DNA from: Candidatus Poribacteria bacterium | Lineage (GTDB): Bacteria; Poribacteria; WGA-4E; WGA-3G | DNA length: 64,000 nucleotides | Assembly (NCBI GenBank): GCA_963663765.2 | Contig: CAXXUA010000015.1 | Coordinates: 64,001-128,000, forward strand | Reading direction: 5' to 3' | Shown here: positions 51,900 to 61,019 of the stretch, piece by piece | Position numbering within the stretch: position 1 is the first letter of the stretch | How the letters are laid out: every line of letters begins with the position of its first letter | Position numbers and translations under genes: made by a program | The notes under the pieces: model-generated | Databases searched by the model: none | Told to the model about the DNA's origin: nothing | Seen by the model: the letters and a program-made list of their open reading frames with translations, nothing else

Positions 51900-51936
51900 A
51901 ATGCCTTTATAGGAATCTTGTGCGTAAGCCATAATG

Positions 51937-53553
51937 TTAATCACTGCGACGATATATGCGGATCACTGGATGCGTCAAGGATTGCATGGGAAATGGTGCA
52001 TTTGAATCAGAAAAACTGAAAACAAAAAACTGTGGCACGCGACGAAAAGTTTTGTGTAATACATACCGCCTATCCTCACCTAACACACTATTGTAAAACA
52101 GGAAAGTGCCTTCTATATCAACATCTTCAAGCGGATACCAGTCAATCTCCTCATAATCTTGTGGATTGTTATGATATTTTTCAAAGACTTGCCAATTCGG
52201 TTGGATAATTAATACCCATTCAGCCTCTACATTTCCAACTTCCATATCTCTATCTAACTCAGGTAACAACCACGTAAATAAGACTTCTGGGGCGCGAGTT
52301 ATCGTATTCTCGTGAGGTATGTTCTCCGATACCCACTCAGAAACAACTTGTCCAGTCGGTTGAGTCAACATTACAGAAGCAAAGGCAACAGTATAAACAA
52401 GTGAATAAAACCATACCAGACTCCCATAAATTATACCGAGCCACCTATATATGGAAACTAAAAATACAGCAGCAAAAACCGAAAAAACAGGATAAAGAAT
52501 CAGCAAGTGGCGCGTGAAGGATACCTTGAAAGTCCCAATAAAAAGAAGATACGGAATCACAAAAGCAAGCAACATCAATCCATTCCATGCGTCTTTATTA
52601 GAAAACAAATTTACTAATGAAGATTGCTTAAGTGCCACTACTGATGTGGAAAGAACATAGAAAATACTCACGCCTACCAACAAAGCAAGCGGTACTCCAA
52701 GTCCCCATCTCAAAAGCGTCCAGATGTATAGAAACCTATTTACCCATCCTGTGTCTCCAGTGGAAAACAAACCGAAGTGTCCCAAATGATAGTGCTTGGC
52801 TTCGTACCAGAAGTCATTAAAAAAGTGATTCCATTGTGATGAAAACAGATCTAATAACCAATATGGGCAAATGAGCGTAAAAGTAATCGCTGCTAATCCG
52901 ACAACGGTAGCAAATTTCCGATAAAAGTTCTCAGATCTAATGAATACCAACAGAGATAAACCAACAAATACGGTTGTGAACTTTACTGCAACACCGATCC
53001 CCGCAATGATACCTAACCATACACATGTTCGTATAGTGAGTTGTCTATCTCGCGCAACGCACCAAAGAAATAGGGCCACACAAAAAGTTGCAGGAATATC
53101 AACAAGTGCAAAACGTGATTCGTTGGTAGCATGCAACATGGAAACTGCTAAAAAACCAGCAGCAATCTGACCCACGCGTTTGTTGAAACACTGACCACCA
53201 AGGCAATATGTAAACCAAATCGTACTTGTTGACAAAAGGACATTGATGAACCGGGCAATCCAAATCACTCGCGCCGCAGTCATATCAATACCACAGATTG
53301 ACAGTGCCTTTCCGACCAAAGCAATCAGATAGAACCATGCTGTTCCAGGCCAGTTGTAGATTTCTGGTGGTGCAGTGAAATTGATGAGATTTAGTACGTC
53401 TTCTGCAATTAGTGTTTCACGCGGATCGGGAGAGTTTGGTAGACCAACCCCTATACCAATGAGACGAAGTCCAAATCCAAGGACAAGAATCGCGGGTATT
53501 AAGAGAATTGTGGGTTTATGTGAGTTGTTTCTCAAGGAGATGAGGTATTTCAT
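51937..53553 (-). CDS. ArnT/PMT-like (GT-C) membrane glycosyltransferase
   Basis: LRLIGI...PDPRE, ARFINVLL, FALVDIP, VAVKF; many TM helices. Confidence 0.82.
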   Translation of the reverse strand: MKYLISLRNNSHKPTILLIPAILVLGFGLRLIGIGVGLPNSPDPRETLIAEDVLNLINFTAPPEIYNWPGTAWFYLIALVGKALSICGIDMTAARVIWIARFINVLLSTSTIWFTYCLGGQCFNKRVGQIAAGFLAVSMLHATNESRFALVDIPATFCVALFLWCVARDRQLTIRTCVWLGIIAGIGVAVKFTTVFVGLSLLVFIRSENFYRKFATVVGLAAITFTLICPYWLLDLFSSQWNHFFNDFWYEAKHYHLGHFGLFSTGDTGWVNRFLYIWTLLRWGLGVPLALLVGVSIFYVLSTSVVALKQSSLVNLFSNKDAWNGLMLLAFVIPYLLFIGTFKVSFTRHLLILYPVFSVFAAVFLVSIYRWLGIIYGSLVWFYSLVYTVAFASVMLTQPTGQVVSEWVSENIPHENTITRAPEVLFTWLLPELDRDMEVGNVEAEWVLIIQPNWQVFEKYHNNPQDYEEIDWYPLEDVDIEGTFLFYNSVLGEDRRYVLHKTFRRVPQFFVFSFSDSNAPFPMQSLTHPVIRIYRRSD

Positions 53554-53619
53554 GCTGACCTTAACGCGATACTCTTGTCCACAATTCTGTAGGAAGTTTT
53601 TCGTGCACTTGTGCAATCT

Positions 53620-53895
53620 GTGTATTCATAGGTGGTAATTCTAATTTCTTAAATATTGCTTCCCATCGTTGAGGTTGCGTTTTGTCTACTTAGCAAGGAA
53701 GAAACCCAAGATTTAAGTATAATTTTATAGCGGGTAATCGGTAATCATCTGTATTAAGTATATCACAAGTTAACCTATGTTCATGAAAATAATTGAGAAC
53801 AGCAAGTGAAATCCATTTGCTGAGTTTCTGTCCAGTGTGTTCACTCAGTACACCGACCATGTGGACATAGCCAATATATGTTTCATCACTCTTCG
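53620..53895 (-). pseudogene. GNAT acetyltransferase 3' remnant
   Basis: GYVHMVGVLSEHTGQKL...LNTDDYRLPAIKLYLNLGF; internal stop; 5' part missing next to the MITE array. Confidence 0.65.
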
Positions 53896-53983
53896 GGCAG
53901 GAGTCCTGCTGTTTTAACACGGGGATGAATGCACGTTCCTATCAAAGACATTCAATTATCGATGTTTGCTCCTAAGAGTGTAG

Positions 53984-54632
53984 CAGGGTTATTCAGTTTT
54001 CCTAATGTTTGGATTTTTCCAAAAATAACCCCGCGGTAGGAGCGACCTCCCGGTCGCGATTTTCTCAGGAAACGAGTAAAACTCCTAAAACTGAATAACC
54101 CTGCGCACTCAATCAGGGTTATTTAGTTTTCCTAATGTTTGGATTTTTCCAAAAATAACCCCGCGGTAGGAGCGACCTCCCGGTCGCGATTTTCTCAGGG
54201 AACGAGTAAAACTCCTAAAACTGAATAACCCTGCGCACTCAATCAGGGTTATTTAGTTTTCCTAATGTTTGGATTTTTCCAAAAATAACCCCGCGGTAGG
54301 AGCGACCTCCCGGTCGCGATTTTCTCAGGGAACGACTAAAACTCCTAAAACTGAATAACCCTGCGCACTCAATCAGGGTTATTCAGTTTTCCTAATGTTT
54401 GGATTTTTCCAAAAATAACCCCGCGGTAGGAGCGACCTCCCGGTCGCGATTTTCTCAGGGAACGACTAAAACTCCTAAAACTGAATAACCCTGCGCACTC
54501 AATCAGGGTTATTTAGTTTTCCTAATGTTTGGATTTTTCCAAAAATAACCCCGCGGTAGGAGCGACCTCCCGGTCGCGATTTTCTCAGAAAACGACTAAA
54601 ATGCCTAAAACTGAATATAACTGCCACTCAAT
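53984..54632. repeat. Tandem array of five family B MITEs (130-bp period)
   Basis: Units at 53984, 54114, 54244, 54374 and 54504; each 120 bp TIR-bounded with REP core; constant linker CGCACTCAAT. Confidence 0.95.
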
Positions 54633-54640
54633 ATACTTTC

Positions 54641-54669
54641 TTGACACCCATGCTCAACTATGCTAACCT
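54641..54669 (+). promoter_or_regulatory. Sigma70-type promoter for the AAA-nuclease operon
   Basis: TTGACA-17-TAACCT with TG extension; AAGGA RBS follows. Confidence 0.55.
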
Positions 54670-54702
54670 AAGAAAGTAAAAACATCCGATAAGGAAATTG
54701 AT

Positions 54703-56328
54703 ATGAGACGTTTCGGTACAACGGGTCCAGTACATCCTGAAAAGCATTATGTTGTCAGACGTTCTGAGGAGCTTGATGACTTCATTGCACGCGTCAAAGA
54801 TGGACGATATATCGTTATATTTGCCCCACGACAGACAGGTAAGACTACCTTTTTTCGCAATGCACTTGATGAAATTGCAGACAGCGATCCAGTTTACTTC
54901 CCAATTTCATTGAATTTTGAGGAATATGTTGGTGAATCTTTATCGGATTTCTACAACAATCTTACTCATGATTTAATTGATGAAATTGAATCAGTTTTGA
55001 AAAAAAGAGAATTGCTAACAACAAATACACTTCAAGGTCTAATAGAAAATTCTCAATTAACTAGCCACCAAACAATGCGTAGATTCTTTGGGGATTTAGA
55101 AGAAAATTTAAGAGTAGATTACGGTGTTTACCGTGTAATTCTAATAATAGACGAATTTGATGGTATCCCACAAGAGGTATTAGCAGGTTTTCTTCATTCA
55201 CTCCGTCGAATCTATGTTTCAAATTCCACATCAAAATGTCCTCACAGTGTCGGAATAGTCGGTGTAAAAAGTATTGCACAACTCAACTATGACCGATCAA
55301 TCTCTCCATTCAATATCCAAGATGAGTTTAACCTCCCAAATTTTACACTTGTACAGGTGAATGAACTCCTGCAACAGTACACGGAAGAAGTTGGTCAACA
55401 CTTTGAATCAGAAGTGATTGAATCTATCCATAAACAGACTGCAGGACAGCCTTTCCTTGTCAACCGACTGGCACAAATATTGACTGATGAAATGGACATA
55501 CCTAAGACCGAAACAATTACTTTGACGCATTTCACAACAGCACATAATAAACTAATTCATGAACGTAATACCAATATTGACCATCTAACAACAAATTTCC
55601 GTAGAAATCGACGCTTTGAAAAAATTCTGATGCGAATAACAGCCTTTGATGATGGTTTACCTTTCAACTTGCGTGATGACCAAATCAGTGAACTCGCAAC
55701 CTTTGGGGTAATAAAGCAAGGCGTGGACGGTATGTGTGAAATTGCTAATCCCATATACTTTTATTGTATTGTTCAAACATTTAAACCGACAATAAATGGT
55801 TTGGAGGAAGCATATCACCCAGAAGACACCAGAGACGGTTTTCTTGATTACCTATCAAATACTGGACATATTGATATGAACGCATTGCTTGATAATTTCA
55901 GAGATTTCATCGCTCGATCGGGATTTAATATATTACAGGTCCCTGACACACCCCAGGAATCTGTTGGACGCCATTTACTTCTTGCCTACCTTGAGCAGTT
56001 TGTTCTGTTAGTGGGTGGATTTATGCATATTGAAGTGCAAACAGGACACGGTAGATTGGACTTACTCATCACACACAAGCATCGAAAATACATCGTTGAG
56101 ACAAAAGTTTGGAGAGGAGAAATCAGTTATCAGAAAGGATTGAACCAACTTGCTTCATATCTAAGGTTAGAAAATGCAACCGAGGGGTACTATGTAGTCT
56201 TTGATCACCGCACAAATCCAGAACCACGCTCTGAAAACCATGAAATTGATGGCTATAATATACGAAGTTATGTAATACCTGTAATGCAGAAACGACCCTC
56301 AGTTGGGAGTCTTGACGTAAAAAAGTGA
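54703..56328 (+). CDS. AAA ATPase (AAA_35-like) with C-terminal PD-(D/E)XK nuclease domain
   Basis: Walker A APRQTGKT, Walker B LIIDEFD, SPFNI, GQPFLVN; C-terminal EVQTGHGRLDL...IVETK...QLASY. Confidence 0.88.
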   Translation: MRRFGTTGPVHPEKHYVVRRSEELDDFIARVKDGRYIVIFAPRQTGKTTFFRNALDEIADSDPVYFPISLNFEEYVGESLSDFYNNLTHDLIDEIESVLKKRELLTTNTLQGLIENSQLTSHQTMRRFFGDLEENLRVDYGVYRVILIIDEFDGIPQEVLAGFLHSLRRIYVSNSTSKCPHSVGIVGVKSIAQLNYDRSISPFNIQDEFNLPNFTLVQVNELLQQYTEEVGQHFESEVIESIHKQTAGQPFLVNRLAQILTDEMDIPKTETITLTHFTTAHNKLIHERNTNIDHLTTNFRRNRRFEKILMRITAFDDGLPFNLRDDQISELATFGVIKQGVDGMCEIANPIYFYCIVQTFKPTINGLEEAYHPEDTRDGFLDYLSNTGHIDMNALLDNFRDFIARSGFNILQVPDTPQESVGRHLLLAYLEQFVLLVGGFMHIEVQTGHGRLDLLITHKHRKYIVETKVWRGEISYQKGLNQLASYLRLENATEGYYVVFDHRTNPEPRSENHEIDGYNIRSYVIPVMQKRPSVGSLDVKK

Positions 56329-56337
56329 GGATTGAAA

Positions 56338-57099
56338 ATGCAATTCTGTACAGTGTGTAAGCAATTTGCTGACTATGAATATGATATTGCCCTGTCCAAT
56401 GGAAACCACTTACATTCTTCTTGTCTAATCAAGCTCCAAATGCGTGAAGATGAAATTGAGGTTAAACTACGAAGACGAAGCTCACAATTGATTCTGTCTC
56501 TCTTTGCAAAGTCTGAAGCTGTAGAAAGAGATGTTATATCTGAGGAAGAGGTGAGAAATTTATCAACTGAACTGACAAAAATAAAGAACACTTTAACTTC
56601 CATTTTTGACTTCTTTCCGATTTGTCCGCCGGATTGGGATGAACGTAAACGCTACCTTATCCAACTGAACGGTTCGATCTGTTTCAGTTGTGAAGAAGAA
56701 GGTGATGTTTTTCTGATACATGAGATTCCTTTATGTGAATACGGAACGAATGAGTTGGATAACCTTGAATTGATTTGTAAACCTTGTCATGAGAGTATGT
56801 ATGGTAAGAGTGATGTTTTTGGGAACTTTACCCTGAATTCGTCCCAATCAGAGTTTTCAGAGCAAGTGGCAGAAATCCAATCTGCTATGCACAACAATCA
56901 GAGAATTCGATTTGACTATAAAAAACCGAAAGCTAAGACGTGGATGACGCGCGTGGTTGTCCCAGAACGTTTACTAAATATTCCTAACAGTCGCGAGTCT
57001 GGTGAGACATTGTGCGTTGAGGGATACTGCGAATTGCGTCAAGCTAACCGGGTTTTTGCACTTGAACGGATGCAAGATTTAGAAGTAATAGAGGGTTAA
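56338..57099 (+). CDS. Zn-finger + HNH-like + WYL-domain protein
   Basis: CTVC...HSSC; CFSC...IHEIPL...GTNELDNLELICKPCH; IRFDY...TRVVVP...EGYCELRQANRVFALERM; GAGGA RBS overlaps the upstream stop. Confidence 0.82.
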   Translation: MQFCTVCKQFADYEYDIALSNGNHLHSSCLIKLQMREDEIEVKLRRRSSQLILSLFAKSEAVERDVISEEEVRNLSTELTKIKNTLTSIFDFFPICPPDWDERKRYLIQLNGSICFSCEEEGDVFLIHEIPLCEYGTNELDNLELICKPCHESMYGKSDVFGNFTLNSSQSEFSEQVAEIQSAMHNNQRIRFDYKKPKAKTWMTRVVVPERLLNIPNSRESGETLCVEGYCELRQANRVFALERMQDLEVIEG

Positions 57100-57271
57100 T
57101 CGGAATCGCTGATTTCGCGGATAAGACAGCAGCATTAGATGGCATGGTATGAGATAAGCTTTAACTAAGCAATACCACCTCAAGCAGGGACCAATCCATG
57201 TAACCTGTGATTCAGTCTAAACCGATGATATTAACCTGTATATTTCCGTGCGATGCTGTGCATTTCACATC

Positions 57272-58855
57272 TTATACGGTTTGCAAGTTGCTTATAGAAA
57301 GCAACCAGGGTTCATCTACCAAAGCACGCAAAAATATCCCGCGTGCGCCATTCAAGTCTCTGTCCATCTTGAGTCCCATGCTATCTTTTATTATCTTTCG
57401 TCCACCGAGTGATTTTCTAATCTCACCATTCCACGACACTGTTTTTGATGTGTATGCTTCACAGACATCAATGACGAGACATCCAGTCTCTTTCGCTTTG
57501 TGCTTTAGAAAATGTTTGAATCTGTAGTGCGACAGTGTCAACATTTGTCGGGCAGACTTCTTGTGTAGTTTGCGGTTTCCACGCATTACCATATCTGAAG
57601 TCTCAAAAGTAGGGAGTAGGATAATATCAAAGGTATCCACAAGGAAACGTGCTATTTTATGATGCAACTCGTCAACAAGATATCTGATACGTTTTCTGAT
57701 GCGATTTGCAGCACGTCTCATATTCTTGCGTGATTGTTGTGTCGCTTTTATTGCACGGGATAAAAGATTATCAAGGTATGAACAAAGTCTTTGAATCCGA
57801 TTGATAGCATGGTGTCCAAGCCATCCGAAACCACGCTCATGGAAATATGTGAGGAATGTTCTCACGCCAGGGTCTAAAGCAACAACACTTCCGTTTGGTT
57901 TTCGCTTCGGAGTTGTCACAGTATAGGAAACACAGAGATAGTATTTATCATTCTCTTTCACGAGGCGTGAGTCACAGATATTATCAGGTAACATCTCTGA
58001 CATTTTGAGATCACCAAGCACTGTGTGATAAACACCGCGAGGTTTTATAGCAGACTTTGGTATGAAAATACTATCTGATGGATGACGTTTGGATTTGAAA
58101 AAAACAGACTGATATTGACCTGTTTTCTTGCATTTTCGCTTTGCTTCTCGGACAGCAATACAAGCGTCACGGATAGCAACAGATTTCACTTGATACGGTG
58201 TTTCTTTGCTCCAATCAGGAAGATCGTGAAGAATACCTGTTTTTATCGCTTTCCAATTCGCTTTTGTGTCTGTTTCGTTCAACAAAGCAATTGTTTTATT
58301 ATAAGTAAAACGTGCTGTGCCAAACCACTGACGCAGTGTTTCACGTTGTTCTGTTGTCGGATAGACTCTTATCTTCTTTGATTTTGTCACGGTAACTTCG
58401 GAGTCCGTGCATTCTGTAACTGAAGACGTGCAGGATTGCGAGAAGATCCGACGTGAGTTCTTCTTGCGGACTGTGTTCTGTTTGATCGAGAACCACGAGT
58501 TCGCCACCGTTTTGTTCAATGAGGTATTGTATAAGGTCGATACCGAAGCGGGCGAGTCTATCCCGATGGGCAATAACAACTTTGAGCTTATCACCTTGCA
58601 TAAGCCGTTCCAATAAGGTTCTAAGCCCTTTTCTTTTGAAGTTGATTCCGCTTCCGATGTCTCGGATAACTTCTGCTTCAGGGTAGATACTTCGCATATA
58701 TTCAACTTGTCGTTCAAGGTCTTCTCTTTGCTTTGTGCTGGATACTCTGCAGTAGCAAACAGTTGCAATTGATTTGGATTTGCTTTTGATGTATCCGTCA
58801 ACATCATAGCGTCTGTGTCCGCCTCCTGTGCGGATAATATCAATCTTTCCTTCAT
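57272..58855 (-). CDS. tnpB: TnpB RNA-guided nuclease, rearranged-RuvC (pro-Fanzor-like) type
   Basis: KIRVYPT, WFGTARFTYN, ALDPGVRTF, IILLPTFE, VCEAYTSKT, DRDLNGARGI; GGAGG 7 nt before ATG 58855 (alternative GTG at 58390). Confidence 0.9.
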   Translation of the reverse strand: MKERLILSAQEADTDAMMLTDTSKANPNQLQLFATAEYPAQSKEKTLNDKLNICEVSTLKQKLSETSEAESTSKEKGLEPYWNGLCKVISSKLLLPIGIDSPASVSTLYNTSLNKTVANSWFSIKQNTVRKKNSRRIFSQSCTSSVTECTDSEVTVTKSKKIRVYPTTEQRETLRQWFGTARFTYNKTIALLNETDTKANWKAIKTGILHDLPDWSKETPYQVKSVAIRDACIAVREAKRKCKKTGQYQSVFFKSKRHPSDSIFIPKSAIKPRGVYHTVLGDLKMSEMLPDNICDSRLVKENDKYYLCVSYTVTTPKRKPNGSVVALDPGVRTFLTYFHERGFGWLGHHAINRIQRLCSYLDNLLSRAIKATQQSRKNMRRAANRIRKRIRYLVDELHHKIARFLVDTFDIILLPTFETSDMVMRGNRKLHKKSARQMLTLSHYRFKHFLKHKAKETGCLVIDVCEAYTSKTVSWNGEIRKSLGGRKIIKDSMGLKMDRDLNGARGIFLRALVDEPWLLSISNLQTV

Positions 58856-58928
58856 TTGCCAACCTCCGTAAATGGTCAGGTGTATAATCCAGCAGCTCAC
58901 TTGCTTTGCGCGCTGATACATAAGTCAT
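58341..58928 (-). CDS. tnpA: IS607 serine recombinase TnpA
   Basis: MerR-like HTH, RTGGGHRRY, YCRVSSTKQ, DIGSG, HRDRLARFG. Confidence 0.95.
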   Translation of the reverse strand: MTYVSARKASELLDYTPDHLRRLANEGKIDIIRTGGGHRRYDVDGYIKSKSKSIATVCYCRVSSTKQREDLERQVEYMRSIYPEAEVIRDIGSGINFKRKGLRTLLERLMQGDKLKVVIAHRDRLARFGIDLIQYLIEQNGGELVVLDQTEHSPQEELTSDLLAILHVFSYRMHGLRSYRDKIKEDKSLSDNRTT

Positions 58929-58934
58929 GTATAT

Positions 58935-58963
58935 AGTATCACATAAATATCAAGGAATGTCAA
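58935..58963 (-). promoter_or_regulatory. tnpA promoter, probably leaderless transcript
   Basis: TTGACA-17-GATACT with TG extension, 6 nt before the ATG; no RBS. Confidence 0.55.
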
Positions 58964-59274
58964 GAAATATGTAGATATTTAGATACTGTCACTCTACCCT
59001 CAATTCAGATAACACCTTGCAAAAACTTTTCATACCAGTTCAAACAATACCCTTGACCCACACATCAGCACCCGCTAAAATACACCTATGCAGAAACTCA
59101 ACCACCGACCCACAAACAGATCCGCGACGACTACGCCACGTTACAACAATACGTATATAGCTATAAGTTAGAGACTTAATAAACAATAATCAAGGAATTT
59201 CAACAGAGTTATTTTTCGTGAAATTTGAGTATTAGTTTACATTTCAACAATTTACCATATTGGCTGTCATGTAA

Positions 59275-60994
59275 CCTACACTCCGCAGTTATGGATCTGG
59301 AAAATAGACATTTTTTACTTCTATGCCTAAAATGTTGATGATTTGTGTGTGTATTTCATTTAAATTTAATATAGACCTTTGTATATGTTCGTTTTGTTCT
59401 ATCAATAATACATCAACGCCTTCAAACATTTGAAAAATACGCCTGAGTGTTGGTTTTTGCGTGGGTTTACCAACTTGGTTAGGTATTGTTTGTTCTTGTT
59501 TTTTTAGCTCTTGCCGAACCCATCGTTCGGCAAGAGCGTATACAAGTAAAGAAAGTCCCATCACCATCAGTAATGCCATAATCCGCTGGGGTTTTTCAAG
59601 ATATAGACTATCGGCAAAGAATAAGGGGTCTTTCAAAAACCGAAAACCGCGTTCTACAGACACGTTCTGTGCTTTATATGCTTCAAGGATAGTCGCATCG
59701 TCAAGTAAAGTTGTATCCAGTTCATTGGTAGCTAAGACAAATCGGCCTTTGCTGCGTTTGAGTTTTTCAATCGTTTCTATATCATCAATAACTTCACCTT
59801 CAACCCGATAACGAAAATGTGTCGGTTTATCTGTCTTTTTGGGGCGTCCCGATGTAGTGTAATGTGGAACAGAAATAATGGAGAAACGAAGTTTATGATA
59901 TTTCCATGACTTGGCAAGGACTGTTGCCGCAGCTGCCGCAGCTGTATCGGTCTCATACGTTTTATTTTGTAAACGATTGAGTGATGTTTGTGCAGTTGTC
60001 TGTGCTTTGTCAATCTTTTTTACTAAAGTTGCCACTTCACGATGATACGCAGTTTGTGAATAAACAACTAACCACCTTTGTGGAACATCCGCATAGGTGC
60101 TATCTACTGATAGATAACTATATCCATCAAGAGATGCTGGCTGCATATCTTCAGTCGAAATAGTTTGGTAGAGTTCTTTGACAGCTTTGAGTGTTTCCGG
60201 CACACGCGTAATAAAACGCACATCACGCAGCTTCGCAATGTTTTGTGCTGTATAAAGCGCACTATCCGCTACAAAATAAGGTGCATCACTGCCACGCAGT
60301 TGAGACAAATATTCTCGGATCGTGTTGGGAAAACTTGTTTTATCAGACTGATTTCCATCAAGTGCTTTGAACCATACAGGGAACTGAGACCGATAAGAAC
60401 AGAGAAGTTGAACTACCACTTGTTTGAGATCCGGACGCTGATCGCGACTATACCCGTGGGTAATGTGAATAGCGTGTTCATCAACTGTTTCGGTATCATA
60501 GTTCCCCTGAAAACTAAACGTGGTGCTATCCAGATGAACAAAACGATGGTCAATCTCATAAGTTGATAATGCTTTAGAAGCAACTGTTGCAAAAAGTTCG
60601 GTAACACCATTTTCATAAAGTGTATCTAAAGCACGCCCAAGACAATCGTCCGTGAAATCGGCAGCACAGAGATGAGGGCGTATCAATAGATCCACCGGTT
60701 TATTTGAAAAAAACTCAGGTGTCAAGTAGAGTGGGCGTGAGACAAAGCCTAAAGCATTCAAGATCATAGCAACAACAGATTCACCCACTGAAACTTTCCG
60801 TTTCGTTGGGGAAATAAAAGTATCAATAGTGTTTATCAAGTCAATACGATCACATACACCAGCTACTATTCCGAGGTGATCTAAACGTTGTGTTGTAAAA
60901 GTAGATTGAGTGATGATGTTATACTCCTTATATAAAGATATAAAGAGTATAACATAAATACTTAAAATCCGATTAAACAACTGCGGAGTGTAGG
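59275..60994 (-). mobile_element. Intact IS1634-family IS
   Basis: Perfect 16-bp TIR CCTACACTCCGCAGTT; 6-bp TSD ATGTAA. Confidence 0.93.
59289..60980 (-). CDS. IS1634-family DDE transposase (start uncertain)
   Basis: LDHLGIVAG, HLDSTTF, HGYSRDQRPDLKQ, GNQSDK, VADSALY, VERGFRFLKDP. Confidence 0.93.
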   Translation of the reverse strand: MFNRILSIYVILFISLYKEYNIITQSTFTTQRLDHLGIVAGVCDRIDLINTIDTFISPTKRKVSVGESVVAMILNALGFVSRPLYLTPEFFSNKPVDLLIRPHLCAADFTDDCLGRALDTLYENGVTELFATVASKALSTYEIDHRFVHLDSTTFSFQGNYDTETVDEHAIHITHGYSRDQRPDLKQVVVQLLCSYRSQFPVWFKALDGNQSDKTSFPNTIREYLSQLRGSDAPYFVADSALYTAQNIAKLRDVRFITRVPETLKAVKELYQTISTEDMQPASLDGYSYLSVDSTYADVPQRWLVVYSQTAYHREVATLVKKIDKAQTTAQTSLNRLQNKTYETDTAAAAAATVLAKSWKYHKLRFSIISVPHYTTSGRPKKTDKPTHFRYRVEGEVIDDIETIEKLKRSKGRFVLATNELDTTLLDDATILEAYKAQNVSVERGFRFLKDPLFFADSLYLEKPQRIMALLMVMGLSLLVYALAERWVRQELKKQEQTIPNQVGKPTQKPTLRRIFQMFEGVDVLLIEQNEHIQRSILNLNEIHTQIINILGIEVKNVYFPDP

Positions 60995-61019
60995 ATGTAA
61001 ATATCTTGTTCTTTTCTTT

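Larger units (their letters stand above)
57222..58999 (-). mobile_element. IS607-family element (ends inferred)
   Basis: tnpA serine recombinase + tnpB; candidate GG cores at 58997-58999 and 57222-57223; short direct repeats (tatcta) in the left end; no TIR/TSD, as expected for IS607. Confidence 0.8.

Noticed and set aside
53984-54632. CRISPR array
   Set aside because: Units are near-identical throughout with a constant 10-bp linker, match dispersed MITE copies, and no cas genes are present
58929-59000. IStron (group I intron in IS607)
   Set aside because: Only ~70 bp separate the inferred left end from tnpA, too short for an intron core
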